Notes under the pieces: generated by a model | The model's input: only the letters and a program-made list of their open reading frames with translations | Databases searched by the model: none | What the model was told of the DNA's origin: nothing | Translations under genes and position numbers: made by a program | Assembly: GCF_006345805.1 (NCBI RefSeq) | Contig: NC_043008.1 | Span: 72,788,001-72,852,000 of the forward strand | Length of the DNA: 64,000 bases | Origin: Octopus sinensis | Lineage: Eukaryota | Direction of reading: 5' to 3' | Shown: one piece after another, positions 1 to 13,300 of the stretch | How positions within the stretch are numbered: position 1 is the first letter of the stretch | Layout of the letters: every line of letters starts with the position of its first letter

Positions 1-480
<480 letters not shown>

Positions 481-779
481 GGAAAATAAATATATATAAT
501 ATACACATATTTATATCTATTGCCTGATCATTCATTTGTGAGTGTGTTATGAATGTATTTCTGCCATAAAATATTGTGATCAATATTCAATTTTGTAGGT
601 TCCATCATGGAACATAATAAGATATAAGATGTTAAGTTCAAATTGTAGAAAAGGCAGTGGGAGAGGAAATTGTTGAATTTCTTACAAATTGTTGAATTTC
701 TTACAAATGACTAAATTAATGATTTATGAACTAACACACACACATGCACACACAAACAAACAAACTGGTGATACATATT

Positions 780-990
780 GATTGAAATATTGGTTTCGAG
801 ATTTGGCACAAGGCCAGCATGTTTGGAGAAGTGGGTCAGTCAATGACATTGACCCCAGTGCTTTGCAAGTACTTATTTCATCAATCCCAAAAGGATTAAA
901 AGTAAATTTGACCTCAATGGAATTTGAGCTCAAAACATAAAGGCTGACAAAATGCCTGTCGTGCTAATGATTCTTCCAGCTCACCACCTT
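780..990 (-). mobile_element. tRNA-derived SINE, family B (diverged copy)
   Basis: Reverse complement resembles the 38334-38560 copy (gagctcaaattccattgaggtcaa...; gaccccagtg...tactta). Confidence 0.7.
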
Positions 991-1578
991 GGATATTGAA
1001 TGAAGTATCAATGTCATTTCTCCTCCATCAATGCAGGATAAAATTTACTGTTGCTGTTGTTTGGGAATTGGTTAGAATTGAACCAGTAGACTATTATGAA
1101 AGGTATTCTAGCTATGACCAATCTTATTCTTTATATAGGCATAATCTATATCTAAACAGGTGTCGTGTTCTTCTATGCTAAAACACCTGTTTCTGTCTCT
1201 GTCATACTCTAACCTCTCATCACCTAGCACAAATCTACCTCTCTCAATACTACTCCTATCTCAGTTGAGGGGTCATGCCTTGCAAGTTTCTTGGTGACAT
1301 CACTAGTGTCATGTAGAAAACACCCAGTACACACTGTAAAGTAGTTGCCATTAGGAAGGACATCCAGCTGTAGAAACAGACATGTAAGACTATCCAACCT
1401 TTATCAACATGGAAAGCTGATGTTAAAACATAATAGTGATGATATATCTAGAATTGATATTTTTGCTTCTTTAAGACAGTAGGACATAATTTAAGGGAGA
1501 TTTGACTGCTATTTTTAAAAGATCAAGTGATACATTATTTACATTTAACAGATATTTGTCCCCATCTTGTTTGTTGTT

Positions 1579-1624
1579 AACACAATGTTTCGGCTGATAT
1601 ACCCTCCAGCCTTCATCAGGTGTT
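1579..1624 (-). ncRNA. Minimal type-I hammerhead ribozyme
   Basis: Minus strand: aacac CTGATGA a ggctg-gagggtatat-cagcc GAA ACAT T gtgtt; stem I aacac/gtgtt, stem II ggctg/cagcc. Confidence 0.7.
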
Positions 1625-1690
1625 TGGGGAAATTTCGAACCAGGGTTCTCATTCCTAAGGTATTTTTCGATGCTATTATTATTATTATTA

Positions 1691-1730
<40 letters not shown>

Positions 1731-1796
1731 GGTCACTGCCTGGAATCAAACTCGGAATACCTTAGGAATGAGAGCCCAGATTCAAAATTTCCCCAA

Positions 1797-1843
1797 GACA
1801 CCTGATGAAGGCTGGAAGGGTATATTAGCTGAAACATTGTGTT
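1797..1843 (+). ncRNA. Minimal type-I hammerhead ribozyme (decayed mate)
   Basis: gacac CTGATGA a ggctg...tagct GAA ACAT T gtgtt; stem II carries G-U wobbles. Confidence 0.6.
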
Positions 1844-4659
1844 AACAAACAAGATGAGGACAAATATCCATCAAATGTAAATAATGTAAATAATGTACAT
1901 AATTCCTCATCTCTTAAATATAGAACTGTAGATCAACTGATGTTATGAACTTTCAGAAGAGGAAGAAACAAAAACTAATGCTTTTAAGACAGTTAGGTGA
2001 ACCTAAGTGAAATAAGGCAGTCATAATTAGATTTATGTAGTATGAGAATATATTAAGCTAATGGATAACTAACCACATGGTTACAAGTTCAAGTTTCACT
2101 ACAGCAAATGTGTAAAACAATATAGAACAAGGCACTGAGGTCTGTGTGGGTAAACAAAAACAGACATCTCTCCATACTTCACAGTTGACTAATTACTCTA
2201 TGAAAGGACATCACCCAGCTGTGAAGAACTATTTTCTGGTTGACCAGTTAGAAATCACATCTTGCTGTTTTAAAAAGAGAAAGAAACATAGTTTATTCTT
2301 AAGTAGGCTAGATTTTTAAATAAAGACAGGCTGGCCACAGAACATCTTCTCAGTCAGAAGAGCGGAACAAATAAATCATCTTCAGCATTGCTTGACATAT
2401 AGTTTTCATGCTGGCATGAGTTGGACAGTTTACTGAAGACAGCATCATGCACCAATATCTTCATTAGCTTGCTTTGTATAGTTGGATGCTTTTCATAAAA
2501 CCAACCACTTTAGAGAGTACACTGGGAGCTTTATTTCATGGCTCCAGCTTCATAAATGTGCAAAGTGACCTACATAACCAAAGGAGAACAGATAAGAGAG
2601 AAGCTGATTATTCTATGTGGAGTAATGAGGGAATGGTTAGTGAGAAGGGAGTCTGAGGGAGAGAGTAGAAGATAGGGATTAGTGACAGGGTTCAAAAGAA
2701 TGGAAGGGTAGAGTTAAGAAGGTGATAAAAAGGGTTGTGCATGGGAAAGGGGCTAAGGGTTATTCAAAATTCTAAGGAGCAAGTATGGACAGATGTTAAG
2801 GAAAGGAGACAGGAGGGGAGCAATAGACTTGGGTGGAAGGGAAATTTAGGTGAGTCACTGAAGTAAAGAAAGTCGTGGGTGGTAAGGTATGCAGGTGATT
2901 TACTGAGGGAAAAGGATAAAAAATGACAATAGGGCAGAGCAAAGGACCTGTGGTGTGTGTGTGTGGGGGGGGTGAATAGCTCTGAGACTCCTCTCACCAC
3001 TTTCATTTGTATTACATTTTTGGCAACAACATTTGTTATTTATGAGCTAAGCTAGACATAATTTAAAGTAAATCATTCTAAAATCAGAACTTGAAAAAAT
3101 ATTGCAAGTGTGATGTGCCACAAGCTCAATCAACCAGCATTTAAAAAAATGAAAAAGCAAGGTCTTCACAGTAATATTGAAAGACTGCTTTCTTAATAAA
3201 TGAAGATCATATATATAGATATATGTTCCTATGACATTCTCTTTGGAACATTTACTATAGTGATTCCAGTTGAGGAACAACCCATGATGAACACTACACC
3301 TTTGTTGTGGAATTTTCATGGAAGAATTCAAAGATGGTGTCTTAGAGCTTTTTTTTTTTTTAAGTGTGTTTTACAAGATACTATCTTGGTAGGTAGACAC
3401 AGACCAGTTCATCACATCTCCTTGTGTACTTAGAACATAAGGAGTTAAAGTAAAATACTATAAAACATTTTTACTCACTGCTTTAACAGTTTAACCAGTC
3501 CATCACTCTGGAACAGTTCCTTATTTTATTGACCCTAAAAAGATGAGAAGTAAAGTTGGCCTTGGCAGGATTTGAACTCAGAACAATAATAGGCAGAACA
3601 GACCCTGCAAGGCAAATTTGTGTGACACTTATAATTCTGCCAATTTACTACTTACATTTCCATTACATAGGACCAATATGAATGAAGCGTCTTTAGCAAT
3701 ATCTGTCTTAGCTAAAACTGCATCTGTGCAGTTTTAGAAACCAAAATGGGTTGGTTGGTTTGATAGGATCCTGTGGGTCCAGAAACTGCATTGTGCTCCA
3801 ATGTCTGCTTTGGTTAAGTTGGTGTAGTTGGATGCCCTTCCTAATGTGAACCAATTTACATTATGTGCTTGGTACTTTTCACATAGCACCAGCACCAGTG
3901 AGGTGGCTAATCAGTTTAGGGGCCTAAAAAACCAGAGAAGAGGAGCTTAAAGCTAGAAAATGAGGGTTAAGGTATGAAATGTGGGGACAGGCAGAGTGGA
4001 TTTGAGTTGTAGGGAAGATACTTGGTCACACCCATTTAGTTAGAAGTGAATTAGTAGTAGCTATAAAGAGATAAATAATGGTAAGGAGGTGTCCAGATGG
4101 CAACTCAAGGTACAAGCTGAACTGAAATGAGTGGGTACAGAGAAACTTGGAGTGGGTGGGAGTTTGCGAGAGTGAAGGAAGAAACTAATGGTTGAAGTAT
4201 ATTTGAAATAAATGTGATGAAACTATGAAATAAATGTATTTTTAGTAATGCGATCCCAATATATGTTGTATTGAAGTATGAGTTAGTTGGCGTCAGTCTT
4301 GGATATCAATACCTGAAATAAGGAGGGAGAGTTGAGTAGCAGAATGAATATCTAAGGAACATTTAGTTCCAGATGTTCAGATTATACTGGAGTGAACTTT
4401 GTCTTTTATTCTGTCATCTTGGATTTGGAAATTGATATCACTAACTTATGATTTTGAGACAATGACAAGAATGAGCTTAGAAGTCATCATTGTGGAAAGA
4501 CAGATAAAACTGACTATCATGTGAGGGTTCATACATGAAAAAGAGAAAGGTGAGATATATGAATGGTAATGAGGGTTATATTAGTAAAGGAATGCCATAT
4601 GATAGGTGAATATAGGGGTCAGTGATGAAGTCATTGGGTAGTTTTTTGCTTGTGTAGTG

Positions 4660-5050
4660 AAGAAATGAAGATGTTTTGTTGGCTATGTGAATAATTACTG
4701 AAGCAAACCTGCAAACATTTAATTGAAGCATTTATTGCTAGACATAATGATATTTGGTGTTGGCTGTTTACCGTAAACAACATTAATAATTGAAAGCTGT
4801 GTGACAACATGCAGTTGGTCCAAAAATATATGAAGTCAACCACACAAATCTCCATGGTGACAGAAGTCCTTGGCTGTCTGTGCTCTAAGTTATGCACAGA
4901 TGGTCAAATTCTAGAATGTTTGAGAAAACCCTATCACGCCACAGCCACATGCTGATTGGTCAAAGAAACAGACCAATCACATGAAACGGTGGTGTCTGAC
5001 TGAGTAGCTAGCAGTTAGGTTTTGAATCACTGCTATAAGTAATCTCCTCC
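4660..5050. repeat. Diverged copy of the repeat at 6310-6582 + 7321-7520
   Basis: Shared blocks such as actgaagcaaacc, gatatttggtgttgg, cattaataattg, ctgtgctctaag, gaccaatca, ggtgtctgactgag. Confidence 0.75.
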
Positions 5051-6582
5051 TTGTTCTTTATAGGAAAAGCCTAAATAATGAAACAATAAAACAAAGAATT
5101 TACATAAAAATACAATATGCCAATACCAGAACCAAAAGAATGAGAGAAAGAAAAACATGCATTGAATGCAGAATAAATGCTGAAAGAATGTCTAAATAAG
5201 AATGATAAGTTTGTAAAATATGCAAAGTTTTGCAGTTCTTTTTCATTTTTTTTTTAAACTTTAAAAAGGAAAACATTTTTTGTGCAGAGAAAAAGTGAGT
5301 CTGAGAGTATCCAGAATAAAACGCATTGACATGAAAATGGGGTAGTGCTTCTGTTGCAGAAATTTTCAATTCCCTTCATATAACATATATCTACAGTAAA
5401 CTGTGATATATAATGAAGGTGTTAAATGTCTCTAGGGTATATTTGTCTGTATCGGATTGTAATGCGTAGGTTATTATTTGAAGATCAGCATACATGGTGA
5501 ATTATCTCCCTTCCAAGAAATGATGTAAGCACTTTACTGAGAAAGAAACTGCCTATTGGCTGCATTTGAACAACTAACTATAAAAGACATGGTTGCATGC
5601 ACGTGTGTGCTGTAGTACCAAAATGGTTGCAATACAAACAAAATTTTGTGGGTCTTCAACAAAGATTGAATGTACAGCTTCTTGAAGTCCTTTGGCCATG
5701 AGAATTTGAGCACATAGAACTAAGGCCATTGCCATTGTATGAGTCTGTCAGAAGTTGAATTTTGTCTTCAGTCATCAAAAAAAAAAAAAAAACACACCAG
5801 CTTAGAGGAAGGTAAGAGCATATATATCTGCATTAGAAATATTAGAAGAGGAAATATCCATAATACTATGTGATGTTGCCATTTTTAAAATGCAAATTAT
5901 TTGGAATTACTCAAACAAAAAGATATGAAAAGATTGAATACTAGTTGTTACAGCAAACTTGGAAAGGTTCTGGATAAAATTTGCTTCAAATTCACACATT
6001 TGAAGGAAGACAAGACAGTTCTCAGCATTGAAAGTTGGTTTTTGACTCATTTTAAGCAGAGGCAAAAATGTAACTAAGCCATTAAAAAAGGTGCTGGCTG
6101 TGGTGGTCATGAATAGCATGCCTGTCCCCTTGGATCTTCACTTGCTGTTGTTGGTTGTGGTGATGTGTTGATTTTCTTGAGATTAATGAGTTGGGTCTAT
6201 TGTTGTGGTTTTTGCTGCCTTTTTCCTGGGCTGAACATCACCAAATGTCAAGGATATGAGCATTGGCTGTCTCCAGTGTTGCTAACTGGCTTGGTTGCTG
6301 CTGTAGCAGAGAAATAAAAATATATTCTGTTGGCTACGTAAATAATAACTGAAGCAAACCCATGACATTTTAATGGAAATATTCATTGCTGGACACAAAG
6401 ATATTTGGTGTTGGTTATTTATAATTAACACCATTAATAATTGCTGACTGGAAGAGAGGCTGACTGCTCTGAAATTACAGAAAGCTATCTGCATGACAAC
6501 ATGCAGTCAGCCTGATAACATTCGAAGTCAACTATATAAATCACTGTAAATATAGAGGTCCTTGGCCATCTGTGCTCTAAGC

Positions 6583-6970
6583 CAGTGCTACACAAAGTGG
6601 TGGTCTGTGGACTAGTGCCAGTCAATGAGCCATCAGCTGCTGGTACATGTTGAGTTTCCAGAAAATAAACAAACATAAAATGATTATAAAATGCTTTTGT
6701 AATATTGTATTATTTGTTTTCAAAATAGATATAAGATTTAAAAAATTACTCTTTATTCTCTTTACTCTTTTACTTGTTTCAATCATTTGACTGTGGCCAT
6801 GCTGGAGCACCACCTTTAGTCGAGCAAATCGACCCCAGGACTTATTTTTTGTAAGCCTAGTACTTATTCTAACAGTGTCTTTTGCTAAGTTACAGGGACA
6901 TAAACACACCAGCATCGGTTGTCAAGCGATGTTGGGAGGACAAACACAGACATATACACACACATACATG

Positions 6971-7013
<43 letters not shown>

Positions 7014-7320
7014 ATATATATGATGGGCTTCTTTCAGTTTCCGTCTACCAAATCCACTCACAAGGCTTTCGGCGGCACGAGGCTATAGTAGAAGACACTT
7101 ACCCAAGGTGCCATGCCATGAGACTGAACCCAAAACCATGTGTTTCATAAGCAAGCTACTTACCACACAGCCGCTCCTATACCTTTTGTCAACTTTTAAT
7201 ATATTCATTGTATATGTTATTTCCAGTATAAATTAATATTACTAAGAAATATTACCAGTTCCTGACACATTGGGGAAAAAAACTGCCAGTATGCCACATC
7301 AGATAGTTTGAGAAGCACTG
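6583..7320 (-). mobile_element. Non-autonomous hAT (Charlie-like) MITE with nested SINE
   Basis: CAGTG...CACTG termini, perfect 8-bp TSD ctctaagc (6575-6582, 7321-7328); same family as 25624-25914. Confidence 0.85.
6747..7182 (-). mobile_element. tRNA-derived SINE, family A (internal TA/TG microsatellite)
   Basis: Reverse complement matches 47260-47646 and 53039-53451. Confidence 0.9.
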
Positions 7321-7619
7321 CTCTAAGCTACATGCCAAACAGATTTTGTAGGGGTTCAAAAAGCCAAATTCTAGAACATTCAAGAAAACCATATTACACC
7401 ACAGTCTCCTGCTTAGTGCTTGATTAATAGACCAATCATGTGCAACTCTAGAGATTTGCTCATGGTGTCTGACTGAGCAACTGGTGGTTAGGCTTCGAAT
7501 CACTGCTACAAAGGGTTACAGACAGACACATAATGATTTTGGATGCAGCAGGTAGGTTAGTTTTAAAAATAGGGAGCCAAACACATTTGATGAAACAGGA
7601 TTAAGAGATCTGCATTATA

Positions 7620-10600
7620 AATCTGCCCAACTGAAGCAATTATGGATAACTTTCACCACTCACCCATTACCAACTTCCCCTACCTCGACATTCCTGTTAA
7701 ATGTACGTGGCATCAACCCATCAATTATTGCCCAAAAATGGAAGATCCCATATATAGAGAGTTGGCTTGCCGAAATGGCACATTGCTTCCCTTTCTTTAT
7801 CCTTACCGAGACTCACCTGAACAACACCCATATGGACGCAGAGGTGAAAATAAAAGATTTCACCATTGTTCGTGCGGATCGCACAGACCGAAATAAGGGA
7901 GGGACAGCCATCTTTATCCATGACTCCTTTTCACTTGATGCCAAGGACACATTTTCCAATGGCTACTGTGAATCGGTATCAGTATACAACAAAGCCAAGG
8001 ACATAACCATTGTTGGTCTTTACAGGCCTCCCAGGCACCTCTAAAGTACTTTGAAGAGTGCCTTAGCAAAGTCAAGTCCTTCCTTCGGAAGTACCACTCC
8101 GGAAACATAATAGTGATGGGTGATTTTAACCTCCCTCATGTGAACTGGCCCACAAATACTCCGAAGTTGGGCAAGTGCTCTACATCAGATAGGGCAGCAG
8201 CAGAACTGCTCTTTTAATCTGATGGATGAGTATTTCCTGACTCAGCTAGTGCTTGAACCAACGAGACAGAATAAAACGATCTTGGATCTGGTACTGACCA
8301 ATCACTCTAGCTACGTTCACAGCATTTCAGTCGAAAAAACTCTCCTCTCAGACCACGACATGGTACTCTGCAATCTTAATTCCCGACGTATAAAAACCAA
8401 ACCAGCCAATCCCACTCCATGGCACCCATTTGACAACATAAATTTCCACAAAGCGGACTGGGGAACAATCAGAAAGGATCTGTCTTCCATCGACTGGTCT
8501 TTTACTCTCAATTCCCCTCATATTGAGACCGCGTGGCAGCACTTTGAAACCATTGTCACCGACACATGCTCTAAACACGCTCCCAAGAAATCTACTAACA
8601 CAAACAGAAACCGGCTCCCTAAAAGAAAAAAACACTCATCAGGCGCATCAAAAGACTCAACAAAAAAATCAACCAATTAAAATATTCCCACACGCAACAT
8701 CCACATTCAACAATAATGAAAAGACTAGAGCTGGAAAAACTTCATCTGCAGACTAACATGAAAACCTCCATTGAAAATCAAAGAGCTGTGGAGGAACAAT
8801 GGGTAATCAAAAACATCAAACAACCCAAAAGTGTTCTATTCTTATGCAAATAAGCATAGAACCACTGTCTCACCTATTGGGCCATTGATTGATGAAAACG
8901 GCATTCCCAACACGATGCTAAAGAAATGGCAGAAATACTGCAGAAACAATATTGCTCTGTCTTCAGTGTTCCCACTGATATTATTGTGAGGGACGAACGA
9001 AGCTGACTCCCAACACAAAATCGCAGACATAACCTTCACTGCACCGACATCGTAGCAGCAATAAATGAGGTCAAACATTACTCCGCTGTAGGCCCTGATA
9101 GATTTCCCGCCAGTCTCCTGAAGGAATGTAGATATCAACTTGCAGTCCCTCTGATCAACCTCTGGAGAAAACTCGTTAGACGCAGGTTATATACCGAAAA
9201 AGTTTCTATCCCAGTCGGTCATCCCGGTTTTCAAACAGGGAAACAGATCCCTCGCAGTCAACTATCGCCCAATCTCACTCACCTCCCACATCATTAAAGT
9301 GTTTGAAAGAGTGTTAAGATCAAGGATAGCTGACTTCCTGGAGACCCACAAACTCCTAAATTCAAATCAACATGGCTTTCGCTGTGGCAGGGACTGTCTA
9401 ACACAGCTCTTACACCACATTGAAGATGTACTCAAAGCCTTGGGAACAGGTTCGAACTCTGACGTCATATACCTTGACTTCAGTAAAGCGTTCGACAGGG
9501 TAGACCATAACATCCTACTCTCAAAATTGGCAAATGTTGGAATCCGTGGAAAAGTTCTACACTGGATTCAGTATTTCCTAGAGAATAGAACACAACATGT
9601 TGTAGTTGATGGAGTCCACTCAAACCCAGCAAAAGTCACCAGCGGTGTTCCCCAGGGAACTGTTTTGGGTCCGCTACTCTTCATAATTTATGTAAACGAC
9701 CTTTCCAGTGTCGTACATCACTGCAAAGTGAAAATATTCGCTGATGACACTAAGCTCCAGCAAATCGTCAATGAAGAAGCAGACCGAACTCAACTCCAGT
9801 CTGACCTATATGCTGTGAGTCAATGGGCAGACAGAAACAAAATGCAACTGAATGAGGGAAAATTTGAGCTGATGCATTTTGGAAGAAATTCCTCACTAAA
9901 GCAACCATACTCTCTTCCTTCAGGAGAACCGCTCACAGCCTCTAACAATATCAGAGACTGGGTGTAATTGTTGATGACGATCTCAGTTGGAGCGCACACA
10001 TCAATAAGAAGGTCGATACAGCTCGTAGGATGAGTTCCTGGATCTTAAGAACTTTCCGGTCCAGAGAACAAGGTGTCATCATACCACTTTTTTCATCCTT
10101 TGTACGGCCACACCTTGAATACTGCTGCCCACTGTGGTCTCCTCACACAAGACAAAACATCTCCAGAATTGAGTCACCCCAGAGGGCTCTCACTAAACAA
10201 ATTGAAGGCATGGCTGCTCTCGACTATTGGGATCGCCTTAAAGCCTTGAAACTTTACTCCCTCCAGCGTCGCCGTGAGCGGTACATCATTTGTACGATGT
10301 GGAAAATATACCGCCAACTTTGCCCAAACGACCTAAACATTAGCTTCAAGGTTCATCCGAGACTTGGACCACGGGCTATACGTCCCCTGCCAAATTCAAG
10401 ATCACAACATACATGTACACTGCAACATAATTTCTTTTCCTCAACAGGCCCTGCCCTATTTAACATTGTCCCGAGGGAGATCAAAGAGGAAAAGGATCCC
10501 ATCAACTTCAAACAGAGTCTGGATAGATTCCTTCAAAGAATACCAGACAAGCCACCCATAATTGGATACAACTCACCCAACAAGAACTCACTACTTGAAC

Positions 10601-10753
10601 AAAACTGGATACAACTCACCCAACAAGAACTCACTACTTGAACAAAACTTGACTTAAACAGGATTCGAATAATCCTATCAGGTGGTGCTATTAAGTTAGA
10701 CATGGCCTGGACCAATCTCTGGTCGAAACATATCTAAGTTTTATCTAAGTTTT
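7620..10753 (+). mobile_element. CR1-group LINE, ORF2 (APE endonuclease + reverse transcriptase), frameshifted
   Basis: EN motifs LTETHL, RADR..GGTAIFI, VMGDFNLP, ILDLVLTN, SDHDMV; RT motifs QHGFR, YLDFSKAFD, SGVPQGTVLGPLLF, FADDTK; C-terminal RPHLEYCCPLWSP; 3' stem-loop gacca/tggtc and tandem tatctaagttt tail. Split over several ORFs (7775, 8222, 9299, 10030). 5' boundary approximate. Confidence 0.93.
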
Positions 10754-11182
10754 AACTAGACAAAGAGGTTTTTGTCATTGTGAGATGGGACATCATCGCA
10801 GGTCAATCTTTACATAGTAACTCTAATTAACTCCTCTTGTCAACAAATCTGTCCTCAAAATTTCCCAAAATCATAACAGAAACTATTGGAATTGAGAAAA
10901 GAACAAAAAAAAAAGAAGAAAAACTGAAGTTTTGGTAGTTTCGTTGATTACTTTCATTATGTCAGATGTGTCTAATAGTCCTGCCATCTGTTGGCAATAA
11001 TTAGAACTAATTAACAACACTTAGCACAATTTAGAATATAACATTATGTTTCATGAAAAGAAAGCTAACTGAAAACAGAAATTAAAACTAGAGTTAACTT
11101 CATGGATTGTAGATAAAAGAAATTTCTGTAGTCAAATGATTATTGCTGAAGAATCAGGAGTAGGCCAGTTTAAAAACAAACA

Positions 11183-11188
11183 CACACA

Positions 11189-11227
<39 letters not shown>

Positions 11228-11450
11228 ATGTATGTGTGTGTGTGCATATATGTGTGTATATATGTGTGTGTGTGCATATATGTGTGTGTGTGCATATATG
11301 TGTGCATGTGCATATATATGTGTGTGAAGGTAGATATTATATATATATGTACATATATGTGCATTTATATATATATATATGTATTTGTGTGTGTGTGTAT
11401 ACATATATGTATATGTATATATATGTGCGTATGAGTGTATATATGGATAT
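11183..11450. repeat. (TG)n/(TA)n compound microsatellite
   Basis: Direct reading. Confidence 0.9.
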
Positions 11451-11808
11451 ATGAGTTGCAGGCTCATGAATATTGGAGTAAAAGATTCCCAAAATGTTTA
11501 ATGCCATTCCCAATACATCTGGTTTTATATCAGAGTGACCTTCTCCAAGAGGCATGTCTTAACAAAAGCTAAGAGATGCCTCACTTCTAGTACTTGGTTT
11601 CTAGCAACTCTCCTCATGAGGCAAGCTTAGTGGGCATGCTGGTTAAGGCACTGATCACTCAACCATGCAACAGGTTGTATTGGATTCCATGTCACTAGTA
11701 GCACTCATAAGAGATCTCACAAGTGACCTGACCCATACTGGCATTGGATTCTCCTTGAATCATGTCATTAGGGTAGAGAGGGTCTGCGAGGTGCTCGGCA
11801 AGGCTTAT

Positions 11809-11841
<33 letters not shown>

Positions 11842-11849
<8 letters not shown>

Positions 11850-12566
11850 ATGAGGGTGTCTAAGAGACACCAACATGCCGAAATAGCAGTCGAAACTCTG
11901 ACTATAAAAACCACGTTAAGGGTTCGTGTCGCACCATGAGATAAGACAGGTAGACAAAATATACAAGCAAAAATTATTGAATAATTCAAGATCCAGGATT
12001 TCTGGTTTTGCTTTAAATAAGCTTTACCGTCATCGTTTGAATATATCAAGAGTACATAAATACAGATATATACATGCAGAACAAACGATATACTTACATA
12101 TACGAACGTCCATACATAAATACATATGCACGTATGCACGCGGCCAGTTAAATTACCCGCCGAATCATCCCAAAGTACGACACGGTTAAAATAAACACCG
12201 CAGTGAAAATAATAACGAATTATATATATTTATATATCGTTTGTTCTGCATGTATATATCTGTATTTATGTACTCTTGATATATTCAACCGATGACGGTA
12301 AAGCTTATTTAAAGCAAAACCAGAAATCCTGGATCTTGAATTATTCAATAATTTTTGCTTGTATATTTTGTCTACCTGTCTTATCTCATGGTGCGACACG
12401 AACCCTTAACGTGGTTTTTATAGTCAGAGTTTCGACTGCTATTTCGGCATGTTGGTGTCTCTTAGACACCCTCATTTTTAATTGTTAAAAATTATTACCT
12501 TTGTACGGTATTTTTCCCATGCTGGCCACTAGATAATATGGATACTTAAATATCGATATTATCCTC
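11842..12566 (+). mobile_element. PLE-type inverted-repeat insert in (TA)n
   Basis: Arms 11842-12092 and 12233-12483 (251 bp each, near-identical reverse complements), 140-bp spacer, tail 12484-12566, (TA)n on both sides, HHR in arms. Confidence 0.85.
12283..12341 (+). ncRNA. Type-I hammerhead ribozyme, CCGAUGA core variant
   Basis: attcaa CCGATGA c ggt..gc..gc..acc a GAAA TCCTGGA TC ttgaat; stem I attcaa/ttgaat; predicted AUC site at 12335. Mirror copy 11984-12042 (minus) has ACGATGA. Confidence 0.65.
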
Positions 12567-12584
12567 ATATATAATATATATATA

Positions 12585-12629
<45 letters not shown>

Positions 12630-12849
12630 TGGCTCAAATGAATAGAAAACAAAACATGTTAGGCAATGACAAGCAAGTGTGTTAGTTTGATGCTTGGAAG
12701 GAATGGAAATGTCTTTGAGATTTTAAGCCTACACTTTTCAGCAGAAAGGGGTGAGAAGGAAAAAAATGGAGAGAGGGAGAGAGAAAAAATTTGTTCGGAT
12801 TAACAGTTTAACACACACACACGCACGCACACACACACACACACACACA

Positions 12850-12998
12850 GCATGGCTATTTAGTTAAGTAGCTCACTTTCCAGCTATGTGGTTTTGAGTT
12901 CAGTTCTACAGCATGGGCACCTTGGAGAAGCATATTCTACTATAAACCCACACTTTGAGTGTATTATTGGTAGATGGGAAACTGAAAGAAGGTTGTCA
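12850..12998 (+). mobile_element. SINE family A, 5' half (diverged)
   Basis: gcatggct...gttcagttctacagcatgggcaccttgg...ggaaactgaaagaag followed by (TA)n. Confidence 0.7.
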
Positions 12999-13104
12999 TA
13001 TATATATATATATGTATGTATGTATGTATATGTACATATGTATATATATATATATATATGTACGTATGTATGTATGTATGTATATATGTATGTATGTATA
13101 TATA

Positions 13105-13143
<39 letters not shown>

Positions 13144-13156
13144 TGTATGTATGTAC

Positions 13157-13191
<35 letters not shown>

Positions 13192-13215
13192 TGTGTGTGT
13201 GTATATATATATATA

Positions 13216-13264
<49 letters not shown>

Positions 13265-13300
13265 ATCAAAATAAAATAAAAACATGATGCGAAGGATTCA

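Larger units (their letters stand above)
1531..1929 (+). mobile_element. Hammerhead-bearing PLE-type/SINE-like insert with inverted arm
   Basis: Arms about 1531-1664 and 1756-1888 are reverse complements; spacer holds (ATT)n and a B-box-like segment; tail 1889-1929; flanking 12-bp repeat agatcaagtgat (1520-1531) / agatcaactgat (1930-1941). Confidence 0.8.

Noticed and set aside
667-708. 19-bp tandem duplication aaattgttgaatttcttac
   Set aside because: Two copies with no spacer; ordinary slippage, not CRISPR-like.
10710-10729. gacca-atctc-tggtc-GAAAC resembling hammerhead stem II plus GAAA
   Set aside because: No CUGANGA upstream; better explained as the LINE 3' stem-loop.
11842-12483. Inverted repeats as DNA-transposon TIRs (MITE or Foldback)
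   Set aside because: Asymmetric tail and embedded hammerhead fit a PLE inverted pLTR better.
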